Source of the DNA: Clostridiales bacterium
GTDB lineage: Bacteria > Bacillota > Clostridia > Oscillospirales > Oscillospiraceae
Reading direction: 5' to 3'
Assembly: GCA_004556965.1 (NCBI GenBank)
Contig: SFFE01000008.1
Coordinates: 10,077 to 74,076 of the forward strand
Length of the DNA: 64,000 nucleotides
The first letter of the stretch is position 1. Every line of letters starts with the position of its first letter. A program made the position numbers and the translations under genes. Below the pieces are notes generated by a model, which did no database searches, was not told the DNA's origin, and worked only from the letters and a program-made list of their open reading frames with translations. Shown piece after piece: positions 19,631-30,129 of the stretch.

Positions 19631-20690
19631 CTATCATGAAATTTGCAGCCGTCTGCCGGAGGGCTGCCAGATGCTCGGCATCTGCAAGGCCAACAGCTAT
19701 GGCCACGGCGCGGTGCGCGTGGCGCAGCGGCTGCAGCAGGCGGGGTGCCACTGGGTGGCCGTCAACTGCTACGACGAGGCGGAGGAGCTGCGCGCCGCCG
19801 GCGTCGGCATGGAGATCCTGATCCTTGGCCCGCAGCCCGCGAACATCGCGGTGGACGTGGCGAATCTGGACGCGACGCAGACGATCGGGTCGCTCGCTTA
19901 CGCGAAGGAGCTGAACCGGTATCTGGAGGGAACCGGCCTGCGTCTGAAGGCGCACATGAAGCTGGAGACCGGCATGGGCCGCACGGGCTTTGACGCATCG
20001 AGCGGCGCGCACATGAACGAGATGCTGGAAACGCTTGCGCTGCCGAATCTGGACATCACCGGCGTGTTCACGCACTTCGCCGTGTCCGACGAGGCGGGCA
20101 ATCCGTATAACGACCTGCAGTTTGCGCGCTTTACGGCGGCGATTGCGGAGATGGAGGCACGCAGCGGCCGGAAATTCAAAATCCGCCATTGCGCGAACAG
20201 CGGCGCTGTGATAAACTATCCTCAGACGTATCTGGACATGGTGCGTCCTGGCCTGCTGCTGTATGGGCTGTTTCCCGGAGAGGAGACGGCCGGGCTCGAC
20301 CTGCGCCCGGCGATGGAGCTGCGCAGCCGCGTGTGCGACATCACGCAGCACCGCGCGGGGGACACCATCAGCTATGGCCGGATGTTTACCTGCGACCGGG
20401 ATATGCGCCTGGCCGTGCTGCCGGTCGGCTATGCCGACGGGCTGCTGCGGTCGCTCTCCGGCAAGGCGGACGTGCTCATCCGCGGGCACCGTGTCCGTCA
20501 GGTCGGCCGCATCTGCATGGATATGTGTATGGTTGACGTGACGGATTATCCCGAAATCCGACCGGGCGACGTGGCGACGGTGTTTGGCCGCGCGCTTTCC
20601 GCGTCCGAGCAGGCGCGCAAGGCGGACACGATTCCGTATGAGCTGCTGTGCGCCGTGTCGCAGCGCGTGCCGCGTGTTTACGTGGATTGA
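19575..20690 (+). CDS. alr: alanine racemase
   Basis: 371 aa. PLP-lysine block GICKANSYGHG and C-terminal beta domain. Confidence 0.92.
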   Translation: MNRTIRTWVEISLNNLEHNYHEICSRLPEGCQMLGICKANSYGHGAVRVAQRLQQAGCHWVAVNCYDEAEELRAAGVGMEILILGPQPANIAVDVANLDATQTIGSLAYAKELNRYLEGTGLRLKAHMKLETGMGRTGFDASSGAHMNEMLETLALPNLDITGVFTHFAVSDEAGNPYNDLQFARFTAAIAEMEARSGRKFKIRHCANSGAVINYPQTYLDMVRPGLLLYGLFPGEETAGLDLRPAMELRSRVCDITQHRAGDTISYGRMFTCDRDMRLAVLPVGYADGLLRSLSGKADVLIRGHRVRQVGRICMDMCMVDVTDYPEIRPGDVATVFGRALSASEQARKADTIPYELLCAVSQRVPRVYVD

Positions 20691-20786
20691 TCCTGTGTGC
20701 ATGTATAATTTTCGCTTCAATGTGTGAGAATAGAATTGCCCTACATAACATGTATGGGGGACTATCCATCATTGGAGATGAACTTC

Positions 20787-21137
20787 ATGAACACCGTAAG
20801 ACGCGGAGACATTTACTTTGCAGATTTAAGCCCGGTCGTCGGCAGTGAGCAGGGGGGCATGCGCCCCGTGCTCATCATCCAGAACGACACCGGAAACCGG
20901 CACAGCCCGACTGTGATCGCAGCGGCGATTACTTCCCAGACCGGGAAGGCGCGCCTGCCGACCCACATTTCCCTTTCCGCAAAGAGCTGCGGTCTGTCGA
21001 GAGACAGTGTCATCCTGCTCGAGCAGGTGCGCACAATCGACAAGTCGCGCCTGCGCGAGCGCATGGGAAGGCTGGACGAACCGATGATGAGCCAGGTGGA
21101 CGGCGCGATTGCCGTCAGCTTCGGTTTGACCCAGTAA
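20787..21137 (+). CDS. mazF: MazF/EndoA (PemK-family) mRNA interferase toxin
   Basis: [30 protein letters not shown]...RLPTHI. In the conserved position after alr. GGAG RBS 9 nt before the ATG at 20787. Confidence 0.88.
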   Translation: MNTVRRGDIYFADLSPVVGSEQGGMRPVLIIQNDTGNRHSPTVIAAAITSQTGKARLPTHISLSAKSCGLSRDSVILLEQVRTIDKSRLRERMGRLDEPMMSQVDGAIAVSFGLTQ

Positions 21138-21168
21138 CTGCTGTGCCTCCCGGAACAGGAGGAGCAAC

Positions 21169-21648
21169 ATGAAGAAAAAAACAACCGTCATTGTACTGCT
21201 TGCCGTCGTCATTGCCATGCTTGCGGGCGTGGCGGTCTATGCCGCGGCGAATTACGGCACGACGTCTGACCCGCTGGTCGCCATGAGCTATCTCCGCGAC
21301 GTGGTGCAGCCGACGATGATGGATCAGTACGAGGGCGCGCTGAATCGCGCGGTGGATGCGGCGGAGACGGAATTTTCCGAATCGCTTTCGTCCGCGGTCG
21401 GCGCCTATCAGACTGTGATGCTCGCCGCAGGACAGACGCTGCACGGCGAATCCGGGACGGAGATTCTGCTGCGCTCCGGCTCGGCCAACGCGAGCAGCGT
21501 GCTGGTGGACTCCACCGGCGGCAGCACCCTCGCCACCGGCGGCAGCCTGACGGCGAACCATCTGTATCTGGTTCAGGCGGCCGGCCCGGCGGTTCGCGCC
21601 GATGTCGGCGCGGCGCTCATGGTGCGCGGCAGCTATTCGATCGGTTGA
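21169..21648 (+). CDS. membrane-anchored hypothetical protein
   Basis: N-terminal TM helix and GGAGCAAC RBS region. No recognisable motif. Confidence 0.5.
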   Translation: MKKKTTVIVLLAVVIAMLAGVAVYAAANYGTTSDPLVAMSYLRDVVQPTMMDQYEGALNRAVDAAETEFSESLSSAVGAYQTVMLAAGQTLHGESGTEILLRSGSANASSVLVDSTGGSTLATGGSLTANHLYLVQAAGPAVRADVGAALMVRGSYSIG

Positions 21649-21689
21649 ACGGAATAACGCATCACTCCCGCTCATAGACTGGAGCGGGA

Positions 21690-22199
21690 GTGATTTTTAT
21701 GGGTGCAAGCTATCCAATTTTGTATGAGAACAAGCCCATCGGCACGCTGGAAACAGAGCAGGAGGGGCTGATGACCGTGTTCACCGCGGAGTGCGCGGCC
21801 GTGTGCGGCGAAATGCTGCGTCTGGCGGTCTACGGCGAGACGGACAAAGCGTATCTGGGTGTGATGCTGCCCGGCGAGGACGGGAAGCTGCATTTGTGCA
21901 AACGGCTGACCCGGCTGGAGCGGCAGCGTCTGCCGGATCCGATCCTGTTTGCGGCGGATATTTCCTGGGAAATCCCCGAAACGCCGCCCGTTTTGAAAAT
22001 GGAGCAGGCGCGCGTGCAGCCGGAGCCGGACGGCGCGCTGGATGTACTCTGGTTTTCTGCGCCGGACGGCACGCTCTCCACGTTCGACGGACACCGCAGC
22101 CTGATCGCCATCCCGGCGGACGCGCCGCAGCTTCCCCGGGGCGCGGACGGGCTGCGGCGCGAGATCAACGGGCGGCAATACCTTGTTTTTCCGAGATGA
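21690..22199 (+). CDS. hypothetical protein
   Basis: 169-aa ORF with coding-like composition. No motif recognised. Confidence 0.45.
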   Translation: MIFMGASYPILYENKPIGTLETEQEGLMTVFTAECAAVCGEMLRLAVYGETDKAYLGVMLPGEDGKLHLCKRLTRLERQRLPDPILFAADISWEIPETPPVLKMEQARVQPEPDGALDVLWFSAPDGTLSTFDGHRSLIAIPADAPQLPRGADGLRREINGRQYLVFPR

Positions 22200-22261
22200 A
22201 TTGAAATCGAGGAGCGCATGTGGTATACTCGACTTATTCCAACAAAGGAGATGCGCTTGTT

Positions 22262-23566
22262 ATGAGAATGAGCGATTTGATCGTCAAAAAGCGGGACGGC
22301 GGCACGCTGACCACCGAGGAGATCCACTTTATGATAGAGGGTTTCACGAATGGGAGCATTCCGGATTATCAGATGTCCGCCATGACGATGGCCATTTATT
22401 TTCGCGGCATGGATCGCCGGGAAACGCTGGACCTGACCATGGCAATGATGCATAGCGGCGAGACACTCGACCTTTCCGGCATCTCCGGCGTGAAGGCAGA
22501 CAAGCACTCCACCGGCGGCGTGGGCGACAAAACGTCGCTGGTGCTGGTGCCGATGGTGGCGAGCCTGGGCGTCAAAATGGCGAAAATGTCCGGCCGGGGG
22601 CTGGGCCATACGGGCGGCACGCTGGACAAGCTCGAAAGCTTTCCGGGCTTCAACATTCGCATCCCGATGGAGGAATTCCTCCACAATGTCGAGACCGTGG
22701 GCATGGTCATCGCCGGACAGACGGCAGACCTCGACCCGGCGGACAAAAAGCTCTATGCGCTGCGCGACGTGACCGGCACGGTACCGAGCATCCCGCTGAT
22801 CGTCAGCAGCATCATGTCCAAGAAGCTGGCGGCGGGCGCGGATGTCATCGTGCTCGACGTCAAGTGCGGCAGCGGCTCGTTCATGAAAACGGAGGCGGAT
22901 GCGAAGGAGCTTGCAACGGAGATGGTCGAAATCGGCAAGCTGGCCGGGAAGAAGACGGTCGCCGTCATTACGGATATGGACGAACCGCTCGGCAACGCGG
23001 TCGGCAACGCTTTGGAGGTCAAGGAGGCCATTGCCGCGCTCCGGGGCGAGCATCCGGGCGAGCTGGTGGAGCTGTGCCTGACGCTCGGCGCCTGTATTCT
23101 CACGGCGGCGGGGCTCGCACCGGACGACGCTGCTGCCCGCGCCATGCTGGAGGGGACAATCGCGGATGGCTCGGCGCTGAAAAAGCTCGCTGAATTCGTC
23201 GCGGCGCAGGACGGAGACCCGCAGTCGGTGTACGACACGTCGCTGCTGCCGGCGGCACCCGTGCAGATGGAAGTGCCTGCTCCGGCGGCCGGCTACGTCA
23301 GCCACATCGCGGCGAGCGACGTCGGCATGGTGTCGATGCACCTTGGCGGCGGCCGCGCTACGAAGGACAGCGAAATCGACCTTTCCGTCGGTGTTGTGCT
23401 GCACAAGAAGGTCGGCGACAGTGTCGCGGCTGGGGAGTCCCTTGCGACGATCCATGCGGCGGACGAGGTGAGCGCCTGCGCGGCGGTGCAGGAGCTGGCC
23501 GCGTGCTACACGATCACGCCGGAGCAGCCGGAGCACAAGCCGTTCATCAAGGCCATTATCCGATAA
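22262..23566 (+). CDS. pdp: pyrimidine-nucleoside (thymidine) phosphorylase
   Basis: KKRDG..LT.EEI, SAMTMAIYFRGM and HSTGGVGDKTSL motifs. AAAGGAG RBS. Confidence 0.92.
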   Translation: MRMSDLIVKKRDGGTLTTEEIHFMIEGFTNGSIPDYQMSAMTMAIYFRGMDRRETLDLTMAMMHSGETLDLSGISGVKADKHSTGGVGDKTSLVLVPMVASLGVKMAKMSGRGLGHTGGTLDKLESFPGFNIRIPMEEFLHNVETVGMVIAGQTADLDPADKKLYALRDVTGTVPSIPLIVSSIMSKKLAAGADVIVLDVKCGSGSFMKTEADAKELATEMVEIGKLAGKKTVAVITDMDEPLGNAVGNALEVKEAIAALRGEHPGELVELCLTLGACILTAAGLAPDDAAARAMLEGTIADGSALKKLAEFVAAQDGDPQSVYDTSLLPAAPVQMEVPAPAAGYVSHIAASDVGMVSMHLGGGRATKDSEIDLSVGVVLHKKVGDSVAAGESLATIHAADEVSACAAVQELAACYTITPEQPEHKPFIKAIIR

Positions 23567-23619
23567 TGAAATTTCCGGCACGGCTCACGTCATCGTGAGC
23601 CGTGCCGAAGCATATAAAA

Positions 23620-23646
23620 CCGGGGCAGTCTCAAAGACTGCCCCGG
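23620..23646 (-). terminator. terminator of the SGNH hydrolase gene
   Basis: 11-bp stem CCGGGGCAGTC/GACTGCCCCGG followed by TTTTATAT on the minus strand. Confidence 0.65.
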
Positions 23647-23655
23647 TTCTGTCTG

Positions 23656-24480
23656 TCACGGGTATGCGTGTGTCTTCAAATAATCAAGCCACGCCTTGAT
23701 GCCGTCTGCACTCAGGTGCACGCCGTCGCCGTTTTGATAGGCTTCCGGCAAAAAGCCGTCGTCGCCGACGAGTCCGGCTGCGGCGTCGAGATACTTTACG
23801 CCAGCCGCTTCCGCTGCGGACGCGATCCAGCCGTTGACCTTGTTGATGATCTCGTTGGTCACGTCCTCATAGGCATAGTTGGACGCAATGGGCGTGAGCG
23901 AGCTGCAGATGATCTTGGTGTCGGGGCGCTGCTCCTTGATGCCGGCGAGAAGCGTGCTGTATGCTTCCTTGACCTGATCTTCCGTGAGCAGGTTTGCATT
24001 GTCCGAGCCGGGGAAGATGACGAGGTACTTTGGTTTGTTGACCTCGACGATCTCTGAGGCGGGGACGTTGTTGCCGGTCACCGGGGACTTGTACTTGGTT
24101 GTGGCCAGCGTCGCAAGCGGTAGCGCGCTGCTCTCCGGCACCCAGACCTGCTTGCCGCTGTCGCTGCCGGTGAGCAGCGATTCGGATTTGAGCAGCGCGG
24201 TGGAGGAATCGCCGAGGAAGAAGATCTGATCCACATAGGCTGCGCCTGCATCCTCCGTCTGCGCGAGCGCGGCGCTCGACGTGCTGGGGACGATCGGGTT
24301 TGCCAGCGCCGTCGGTGTGGGTGTGGACTCCGCGACCGGCGCCGTCTCAACCGGCGTTTGAGCCTTGCCGCTGTTGCCGGATGCGGATGCGAAAATCACG
24401 GCGAACACCGCCAGAACCAGACAGACGATGATCGCGCCAGACCACAAGGAATACATGGAATTTCGATTCATTTTCTTCAT
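23656..24480 (-). CDS. SGNH/GDSL-family hydrolase with N-terminal membrane anchor
   Basis: FFLGDSS block I and DGVHLS block V. One TM helix. Confidence 0.75.
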   Translation of the reverse strand: MKKMNRNSMYSLWSGAIIVCLVLAVFAVIFASASGNSGKAQTPVETAPVAESTPTPTALANPIVPSTSSAALAQTEDAGAAYVDQIFFLGDSSTALLKSESLLTGSDSGKQVWVPESSALPLATLATTKYKSPVTGNNVPASEIVEVNKPKYLVIFPGSDNANLLTEDQVKEAYSTLLAGIKEQRPDTKIICSSLTPIASNYAYEDVTNEIINKVNGWIASAAEAAGVKYLDAAAGLVGDDGFLPEAYQNGDGVHLSADGIKAWLDYLKTHAYP

Positions 24481-24568
24481 AAGTCATCCTCCTCTCACGG
24501 AAAAGTCTGCATTTTGAACGATTGAACAAAAGAAGCCCTGATGGGCTTCTTTTGTCAAATGCGTCGTA

Positions 24569-26611
24569 TTATTCCTGCTCCGCTTTGGCCTCTTCAATGA
24601 CCTTCTGCTGCACGTTGCCGGGCGCTTCTTCGTAGCGGACGAACTTGCAGGAGAAGGAGCCGCGGCCCTGCGTCATGGAGCGCAGGTCGATGGTGTAAGA
24701 GCTCATCTCCGCCATCGGGACTTCCGCCTCGACCGTCTGCATGCCGTCCTCGGCTGTCATGCCGAGCACGGTACCGCGGCGCTTGGACGAAATGTCGGAC
24801 ATGATGTCGCCGAGGTTCGCGTCCGGGATCGTGACCTTCAGCAGGCCGATCGGCTCGAGGATGGTCGGCTTTGCCTTCGGAATACCGTCCTGATATGCAA
24901 GGCGGGCGGCCGTCTGGAAGGCCATATCGTTGGAGTCGACCGGGTGATAGGAGCCGTCGTACAGCGTGGCCTTCAGGCCGACGAGCGGGTAGCCGGCGAG
25001 CACGCCCTTGGTCACGGCGTTGCGCAGACCCTTTTCCACGGAGGGGAAGAAGTTTTTCGGCACGGAACCGCCGAAGACTTCCTCGGCAAAGATCATGTCG
25101 TCGGACTCGTCCTGCGGCTCAAAGCGGATCCACACGTCGCCGAACTGGCCGGAACCGCCGGACTGCTTCTTGTGGCGGCCGTGTGCTTCGACCTTGCCCT
25201 TGATCTTCTCGCGGTAAGCGACGCGGGCGGGCTTCAGCTCGGTTTCCACGCCGAAGCGGCTCTTGAGCTTCGAGCACAGAACGTCGACCTGAATGTCGCC
25301 GGCGCCGGAGATGACCATCTGGTGGGTCTCGGCGTTGTTTACGAGCGTAAAGGAGATGTCCTCCTCGTTCAGACGTGCAAGACCGGACGCGACCTTGTCG
25401 TCCTGGCCCTTCGTCTTCGGGCTGATGGCCATGGAGTAGCAGGGTTCGGGCAGCTCAATCGCGGGCAGTTCGACCTCGCTCTTGGCGTCGCACACGGTGT
25501 CGCCGGTCTTCCAGTCCATCTTGCCGACGGCAACGATGTCACCACAGCAGGCTTCCTTGACTTCCGTGGTCTTCTTGCCGCAGATGGTGTACATACGGCC
25601 GAGTTTGTCCGTGCTTCTGGCACGGGTGTTGCGCAGGGACAGATCCGAAGTGATCGTGCCGGAGAGCACCTTGATGAAGGAGTACTTGCCGAACTGATCG
25701 GAAATGGTCTTGAACACGAACGCGCAGGGTGCGCCGTTCGGATCGACGGTGAGCGTTTTGCCGTCTGCAGTGGGAACGGCGGGCATCTCAGCCGGGTTGG
25801 GAACATAGTCCACGATCGCCTGCAGCACGGCCTCAGTGCCGATGCCGCTCGCGGCGCTGCCGCACAGGACGGGGATGACGCTGCGGTCCTTCAGGCCGAT
25901 GCGGATGCCCTTGATGGTGTCTTCCTCAGAGAGCATCATGTCTTCAAAGAACTTCTCCATCAGCTCTTCGTCCGCGCCTGCGGCCGTCTCGAACAGGGTC
26001 TCGCGCAGAGCTTCCACCTTATCGGCGTCCGCGGCGGGCACGTCCACCTTGACGGTCTTGTTGCCCTTGGTCTGGTAAGCCACGTTATGCACCAGATCGA
26101 TCACGCCCGTGCCGTCGCTCATCGGCGCGGTCACTGCGCAGACGGTGCTGCCGTACTTTTCCTGCAGCGCGGCGAGAACGGCGTCAAAGTCGCCGTGGTC
26201 TTCGTCGGTCTTGGAAATGTAGAACATGGTGGGCATGTTGGCGTTCTTCAGATACTTCCAGCTGCGCTCGGCGCCGACGGAGATGCCGTCCTTCGCGCTG
26301 CAGAAGATGATGCCCGCCTCAACTGCGCGCAGCGCGCACATGACCTCGCCGGCAAAGTCAAAGAAGCCGGGGCAGTCGAGCACGTTGATCTTGCAGCCGC
26401 CGTAGTTCACCGGGGCGATGCCGGTGGAAATGGTGATCTGGCGCTTGATTTCTTCCGCGTCATAGTCACAGACGGTGTTGCCGTCGGCAACCTTGCCCTG
26501 ACGGTCGATGGCGCCGGTCATGTACAGCATGCTTTCAGCGAACGTGGTTTTGCCGCTGCCGCCGTGCCCGAGCAGGCATACGTTGCGGATGGTCTTGGTT
26601 TCGTAGCTCAT
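24569..26611 (-). CDS. elongation factor G-family GTPase (EF-G paralogue)
   Basis: GHGGSGKTT, DCPG and five-domain EF-G architecture. 680 aa. Confidence 0.85.
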   Translation of the reverse strand: MSYETKTIRNVCLLGHGGSGKTTFAESMLYMTGAIDRQGKVADGNTVCDYDAEEIKRQITISTGIAPVNYGGCKINVLDCPGFFDFAGEVMCALRAVEAGIIFCSAKDGISVGAERSWKYLKNANMPTMFYISKTDEDHGDFDAVLAALQEKYGSTVCAVTAPMSDGTGVIDLVHNVAYQTKGNKTVKVDVPAADADKVEALRETLFETAAGADEELMEKFFEDMMLSEEDTIKGIRIGLKDRSVIPVLCGSAASGIGTEAVLQAIVDYVPNPAEMPAVPTADGKTLTVDPNGAPCAFVFKTISDQFGKYSFIKVLSGTITSDLSLRNTRARSTDKLGRMYTICGKKTTEVKEACCGDIVAVGKMDWKTGDTVCDAKSEVELPAIELPEPCYSMAISPKTKGQDDKVASGLARLNEEDISFTLVNNAETHQMVISGAGDIQVDVLCSKLKSRFGVETELKPARVAYREKIKGKVEAHGRHKKQSGGSGQFGDVWIRFEPQDESDDMIFAEEVFGGSVPKNFFPSVEKGLRNAVTKGVLAGYPLVGLKATLYDGSYHPVDSNDMAFQTAARLAYQDGIPKAKPTILEPIGLLKVTIPDANLGDIMSDISSKRRGTVLGMTAEDGMQTVEAEVPMAEMSSYTIDLRSMTQGRGSFSCKFVRYEEAPGNVQQKVIEEAKAEQE

Positions 26612-26723
26612 GAATTTGTACCTCTCCTTATATCGAAAATAAATCCGAAATGTTCGTGAAAATTCAGATACCCATCAAGTATACACTATTTCAAAACTGA
26701 TGGCAATCATAAATATTATTTCC

Positions 26724-29189
26724 TCAGTGCCGCAGCCCCAAATTGAGCAAAATGACCGGAACCAGCCACAGCAGCAGGTAAGTGAGGAGGTTGCCGACCG
26801 TGGCGGAATCGAACGCGCCCATCGCGCACAGCACAAACATCAGGCCCATGCCGATCGCCGCGCACAGCAGCGCCAGTACCACGCAGATCTGTACAGTCGT
26901 GTACAGCCGCTTGCCGAGACTCGAAACCGTCACAAACGGCCCAAGCCCGTCGCGCGAGACGATGCCGGCGATCTGCGTATAGTCTCCCGGCTCGGCGGCG
27001 GACATGGCATAGCGCTTGGAGTAAGCGGGGAAGTCGAAGCCCTCGGTGGACATTTTGAACTTCTGCCGGAGCATCAGCGGCGTGATGTTGAAATCGCGCA
27101 CGGCAAAGATCGGCTCCAGACTGGAGTGCAGCAGGCTGAACAGCGCGTTCTGCACGGAGGTGACCGCGACGTATTTGATCGTAAAGATGGCGACGAACAC
27201 GCCGTTGATGGACACAAACACCGCGTTTTTGGAGTTGAGCTTCTGCGGCAGACGGATGCCCTTGAGCGACATGAAGCCGGAGTTGCCGACGAGCACCTCC
27301 TCACCATTGACCAGCGCGATGAGACCGCCGCTCTCGTTGCAGGTGAATTCCTCCACGCCCATGAGCGCGCAGTTGTTCTTGCGCATCAGCTCGGAAAACA
27401 CAGGCGCCAGGCAGTTGCCGGAGGCGACGATGACGCTGCCTGCATAGGAGATGACCTTGTCCGGGTATGCGCCCTCCAGAATGCGGATGCTCTCAATGGA
27501 GATGTTGCGCGGCGGAAAAATGTCCTTGTCCGTGACGATCAGGTGCTTGCTCTTGCCAATGTCGCTCACGCCGGACCAGCCCGCGATGGCAGAGCCGCTC
27601 TGGCACAGGCGGCGCGCAACTGTCCGGTACGGCAGCGCAAAGGTGATGATGGCCGCAAACGGCGCGCAGGGCGCGGTGACGGCGGCGAAAATGTGCGCAA
27701 TGTCGGCATAGCGCTTGCTCAGAATCGTGGCGAGCAGGCCGAGCACAAGGGAGATGCCGATGAGATACGGCGCGATGACGGAGTAAATCGCCTCCGCCGG
27801 GCCGGACTCCTCGCTGCGGTGGATAAAGCCCGCCGTGTCCCGTCTGGATTTCAAAATCGTGATGCCGTCCTTGGCAACGTCGCCGTCAGCGGAGACGGCA
27901 TAGGGATCCTTGGCTGAAGCGAGTGCGCGGAACGTCATCTTATAGCCGCGGCAGGTGAGCAGTGCGCTCCAGATGCAGCACGCGACGGCGAACGCGGACA
28001 CGCCGCAGAAGGGGAGACCGCTCTCGCCCGTGCCGCGGATGGCGATCACAACAGCGTCCAGAATGGAGAACACGCAGCTGATGACGACCAGCGATTCCAG
28101 CCCCGGCCGCCTGCGTACCAGCGACAGGATGCCGGACGTGACCACGTCCAGTCCGATGACCATGACGGTGAGCTGCAGGATCAGACACACAAGCGCGGCC
28201 GCGGCGGGGCTGCTCTTCAGCAGACCGAACACCGGAAAGCCGAACGATATGTAGGCGAGCACGGCGCACACGAGCATGGCGACGCGGCAGCGGAAGCGCA
28301 GCGAGCGAATCTGACCGCCGTAGTATTTCGACGCGGTTTCGGCGTCCGGCTCCGGGCCGAGTTCTTCCTCCTCGGCGGCGGAAGCGCGCACCTCGGTGCG
28401 GTGCTGCCGGATGCGGAAGGCGACTACGGCCAGTGCGGAAACAACGGGATTGACCACGGCTTCCCGGAAGCTGCGGTGCGCGGGCGCGGCGGCAGAGTCG
28501 GAAGGCTCGCTGCCCGCGTCTGCGGACGCATACTGCGCATCTCCGCCGTCGTCGAACCCGCCGGCCGCCGTTTCGCCGGAAACCGCGCGGAAAATGAGCG
28601 TCGGCTCGTCCGGCTCATTCACCGGCTCCGGCTCGTCGTCGGGGTACAGTCCCTCCGGTACGACGGGCGGCTCGGACACGGGGATGGACGATTCCTCTTC
28701 GAACGGATCGTTCGTTTCCTCCGGCTGCTCGGTTACTTTGTTGACCCAGTTTTTCAGGCCGTTGAAGCCCTTTTTCGCGAACTGCCTGGCGCTGTCCTTG
28801 GCTTCGTTCCATTTCTGCCGCTCGGCGTCGGTGAAGCGGTCGCGCTCCGGTTTGTATTCGCGCACGTCCGCGTCCTCATCGGGCGCTTCCGGCTCGGCTT
28901 CGTCCTCATCGGGGGCTTCCTCATCGACCCAGTCTTCGTCTTCCGCTTCGTCCCAGTCTTCACCTGTATCGGTCTCGTCTTCAGCGAAGGCGTCCTCCGC
29001 GTCCTCGTCAATCAGCGCGGCGTCCACCGGGCGGGAAGCAAAGCCGGACTGCGGCTTCGGCGCCGGATCGGGCCTGGACGGGTCGTAATCTTTATATTCA
29101 TCCAATATGGATTCGAGCGAAAATTCCTCCGCGTCCAGATCAAACATGTAGTCGTCGTTGGAATGCTCAAATTGGCTCATACGGCTCAA
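26724..29189 (-). CDS. membrane protein resembling a degenerate P-type ATPase, with long acidic N-terminal extension
   Basis: About 240-aa D/E-rich N-terminus, then 6+ TM helices. APCAPF lies where CPC sits, and VTDKDIF lies where DKTGT sits. No GDGxND hinge. Confidence 0.6.
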   Translation of the reverse strand: MSRMSQFEHSNDDYMFDLDAEEFSLESILDEYKDYDPSRPDPAPKPQSGFASRPVDAALIDEDAEDAFAEDETDTGEDWDEAEDEDWVDEEAPDEDEAEPEAPDEDADVREYKPERDRFTDAERQKWNEAKDSARQFAKKGFNGLKNWVNKVTEQPEETNDPFEEESSIPVSEPPVVPEGLYPDDEPEPVNEPDEPTLIFRAVSGETAAGGFDDGGDAQYASADAGSEPSDSAAAPAHRSFREAVVNPVVSALAVVAFRIRQHRTEVRASAAEEEELGPEPDAETASKYYGGQIRSLRFRCRVAMLVCAVLAYISFGFPVFGLLKSSPAAAALVCLILQLTVMVIGLDVVTSGILSLVRRRPGLESLVVISCVFSILDAVVIAIRGTGESGLPFCGVSAFAVACCIWSALLTCRGYKMTFRALASAKDPYAVSADGDVAKDGITILKSRRDTAGFIHRSEESGPAEAIYSVIAPYLIGISLVLGLLATILSKRYADIAHIFAAVTAPCAPFAAIITFALPYRTVARRLCQSGSAIAGWSGVSDIGKSKHLIVTDKDIFPPRNISIESIRILEGAYPDKVISYAGSVIVASGNCLAPVFSELMRKNNCALMGVEEFTCNESGGLIALVNGEEVLVGNSGFMSLKGIRLPQKLNSKNAVFVSINGVFVAIFTIKYVAVTSVQNALFSLLHSSLEPIFAVRDFNITPLMLRQKFKMSTEGFDFPAYSKRYAMSAAEPGDYTQIAGIVSRDGLGPFVTVSSLGKRLYTTVQICVVLALLCAAIGMGLMFVLCAMGAFDSATVGNLLTYLLLWLVPVILLNLGLRH

Positions 29190-29223
29190 CTCCTTATGCG
29201 GTTGGGGGAATCAGATCATTGCT

Positions 29224-29973
29224 TCAGCTTCTCTGGCGCAGAACCTCGTACATCAGCACTGCGGCGGCGGCCGACGCGTTCAGGGACGAGATCTGCCCCT
29301 TGAGCGGGATACTAACCAGAAAGTCGCAGGTTTCGCGCACCAGACGGCCGATACCGTCGCCCTCTGAGCCGATGACGAGGCACACAGGGCCGGTCAGGTC
29401 GGTCTGCCACATGGGGCTTGCGCCCTCCGCCGCTGCGCCATAGACCCAGAGACCGCTTTTTTTCAGCTCGCCGATCGCGGCGGAAAGGTTCGGCACACGG
29501 GCGATGGCGACGTGCTCCACCGCGCCGGCGGAGGTCTTGTCCACCACGGCGGTCAGCCCGGCGCTGCGCCGCTTCGGGATGATGACGCCGTGCGCACCCG
29601 CACATTCCGCCGAGCGGATGATGGCGCCGAGGTTGTGCGGGTCGGAGATCTCGTCGCACACGATGACGAACGGCGGCTCGCCGCGCGCCTGCGCAATGGC
29701 GAGAATGTCCGCCACCGTGCAGTATTCCTTCACGGCGCACAGCGCGATCACGCCCTGATGCGCATGCGTCTGGCTCATCGCGTCCAGCTTCCGTCGGTCG
29801 GCCTCGACCACGACGACGCCCGCACTGCGTGCCTTGGAGGCGATGTGCCCCAGCGTCTGATCCACATCGCCCTTGGCAATGTAAATCTTGTCGATCGTCC
29901 GGCCTGCGCGCAGCGCCTCGATCACGGCGTTGCGGCCTTCAATCAGATCTTCCCGGTTTTCAGATAGTTCCAT
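29224..29973 (-). CDS. rlmB: 23S rRNA (Gm2251) 2'-O-methyltransferase, TrmH/SpoU family
   Basis: SpoU substrate-binding N-domain plus DPHNLGAIIRSA and SLNASAAAAVL motifs. GAGGAA RBS before the ATG at 29973. Confidence 0.85.
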   Translation of the reverse strand: MELSENREDLIEGRNAVIEALRAGRTIDKIYIAKGDVDQTLGHIASKARSAGVVVVEADRRKLDAMSQTHAHQGVIALCAVKEYCTVADILAIAQARGEPPFVIVCDEISDPHNLGAIIRSAECAGAHGVIIPKRRSAGLTAVVDKTSAGAVEHVAIARVPNLSAAIGELKKSGLWVYGAAAEGASPMWQTDLTGPVCLVIGSEGDGIGRLVRETCDFLVSIPLKGQISSLNASAAAAVLMYEVLRQRS

Positions 29974-30129
29974 AAAATGAATTCCTCGTGACATAATAAT
30001 ACAAATAATATCATACCACAGCTTCTCCTATTAAGAAAGTACAAATCTTGAATTCTTCGCAATTTTTTTGTAGACTTTGCGGCTGGAAACGGGTATCATG
30101 AAAACAATCGAATGCTCTGGAGGCTCTTT

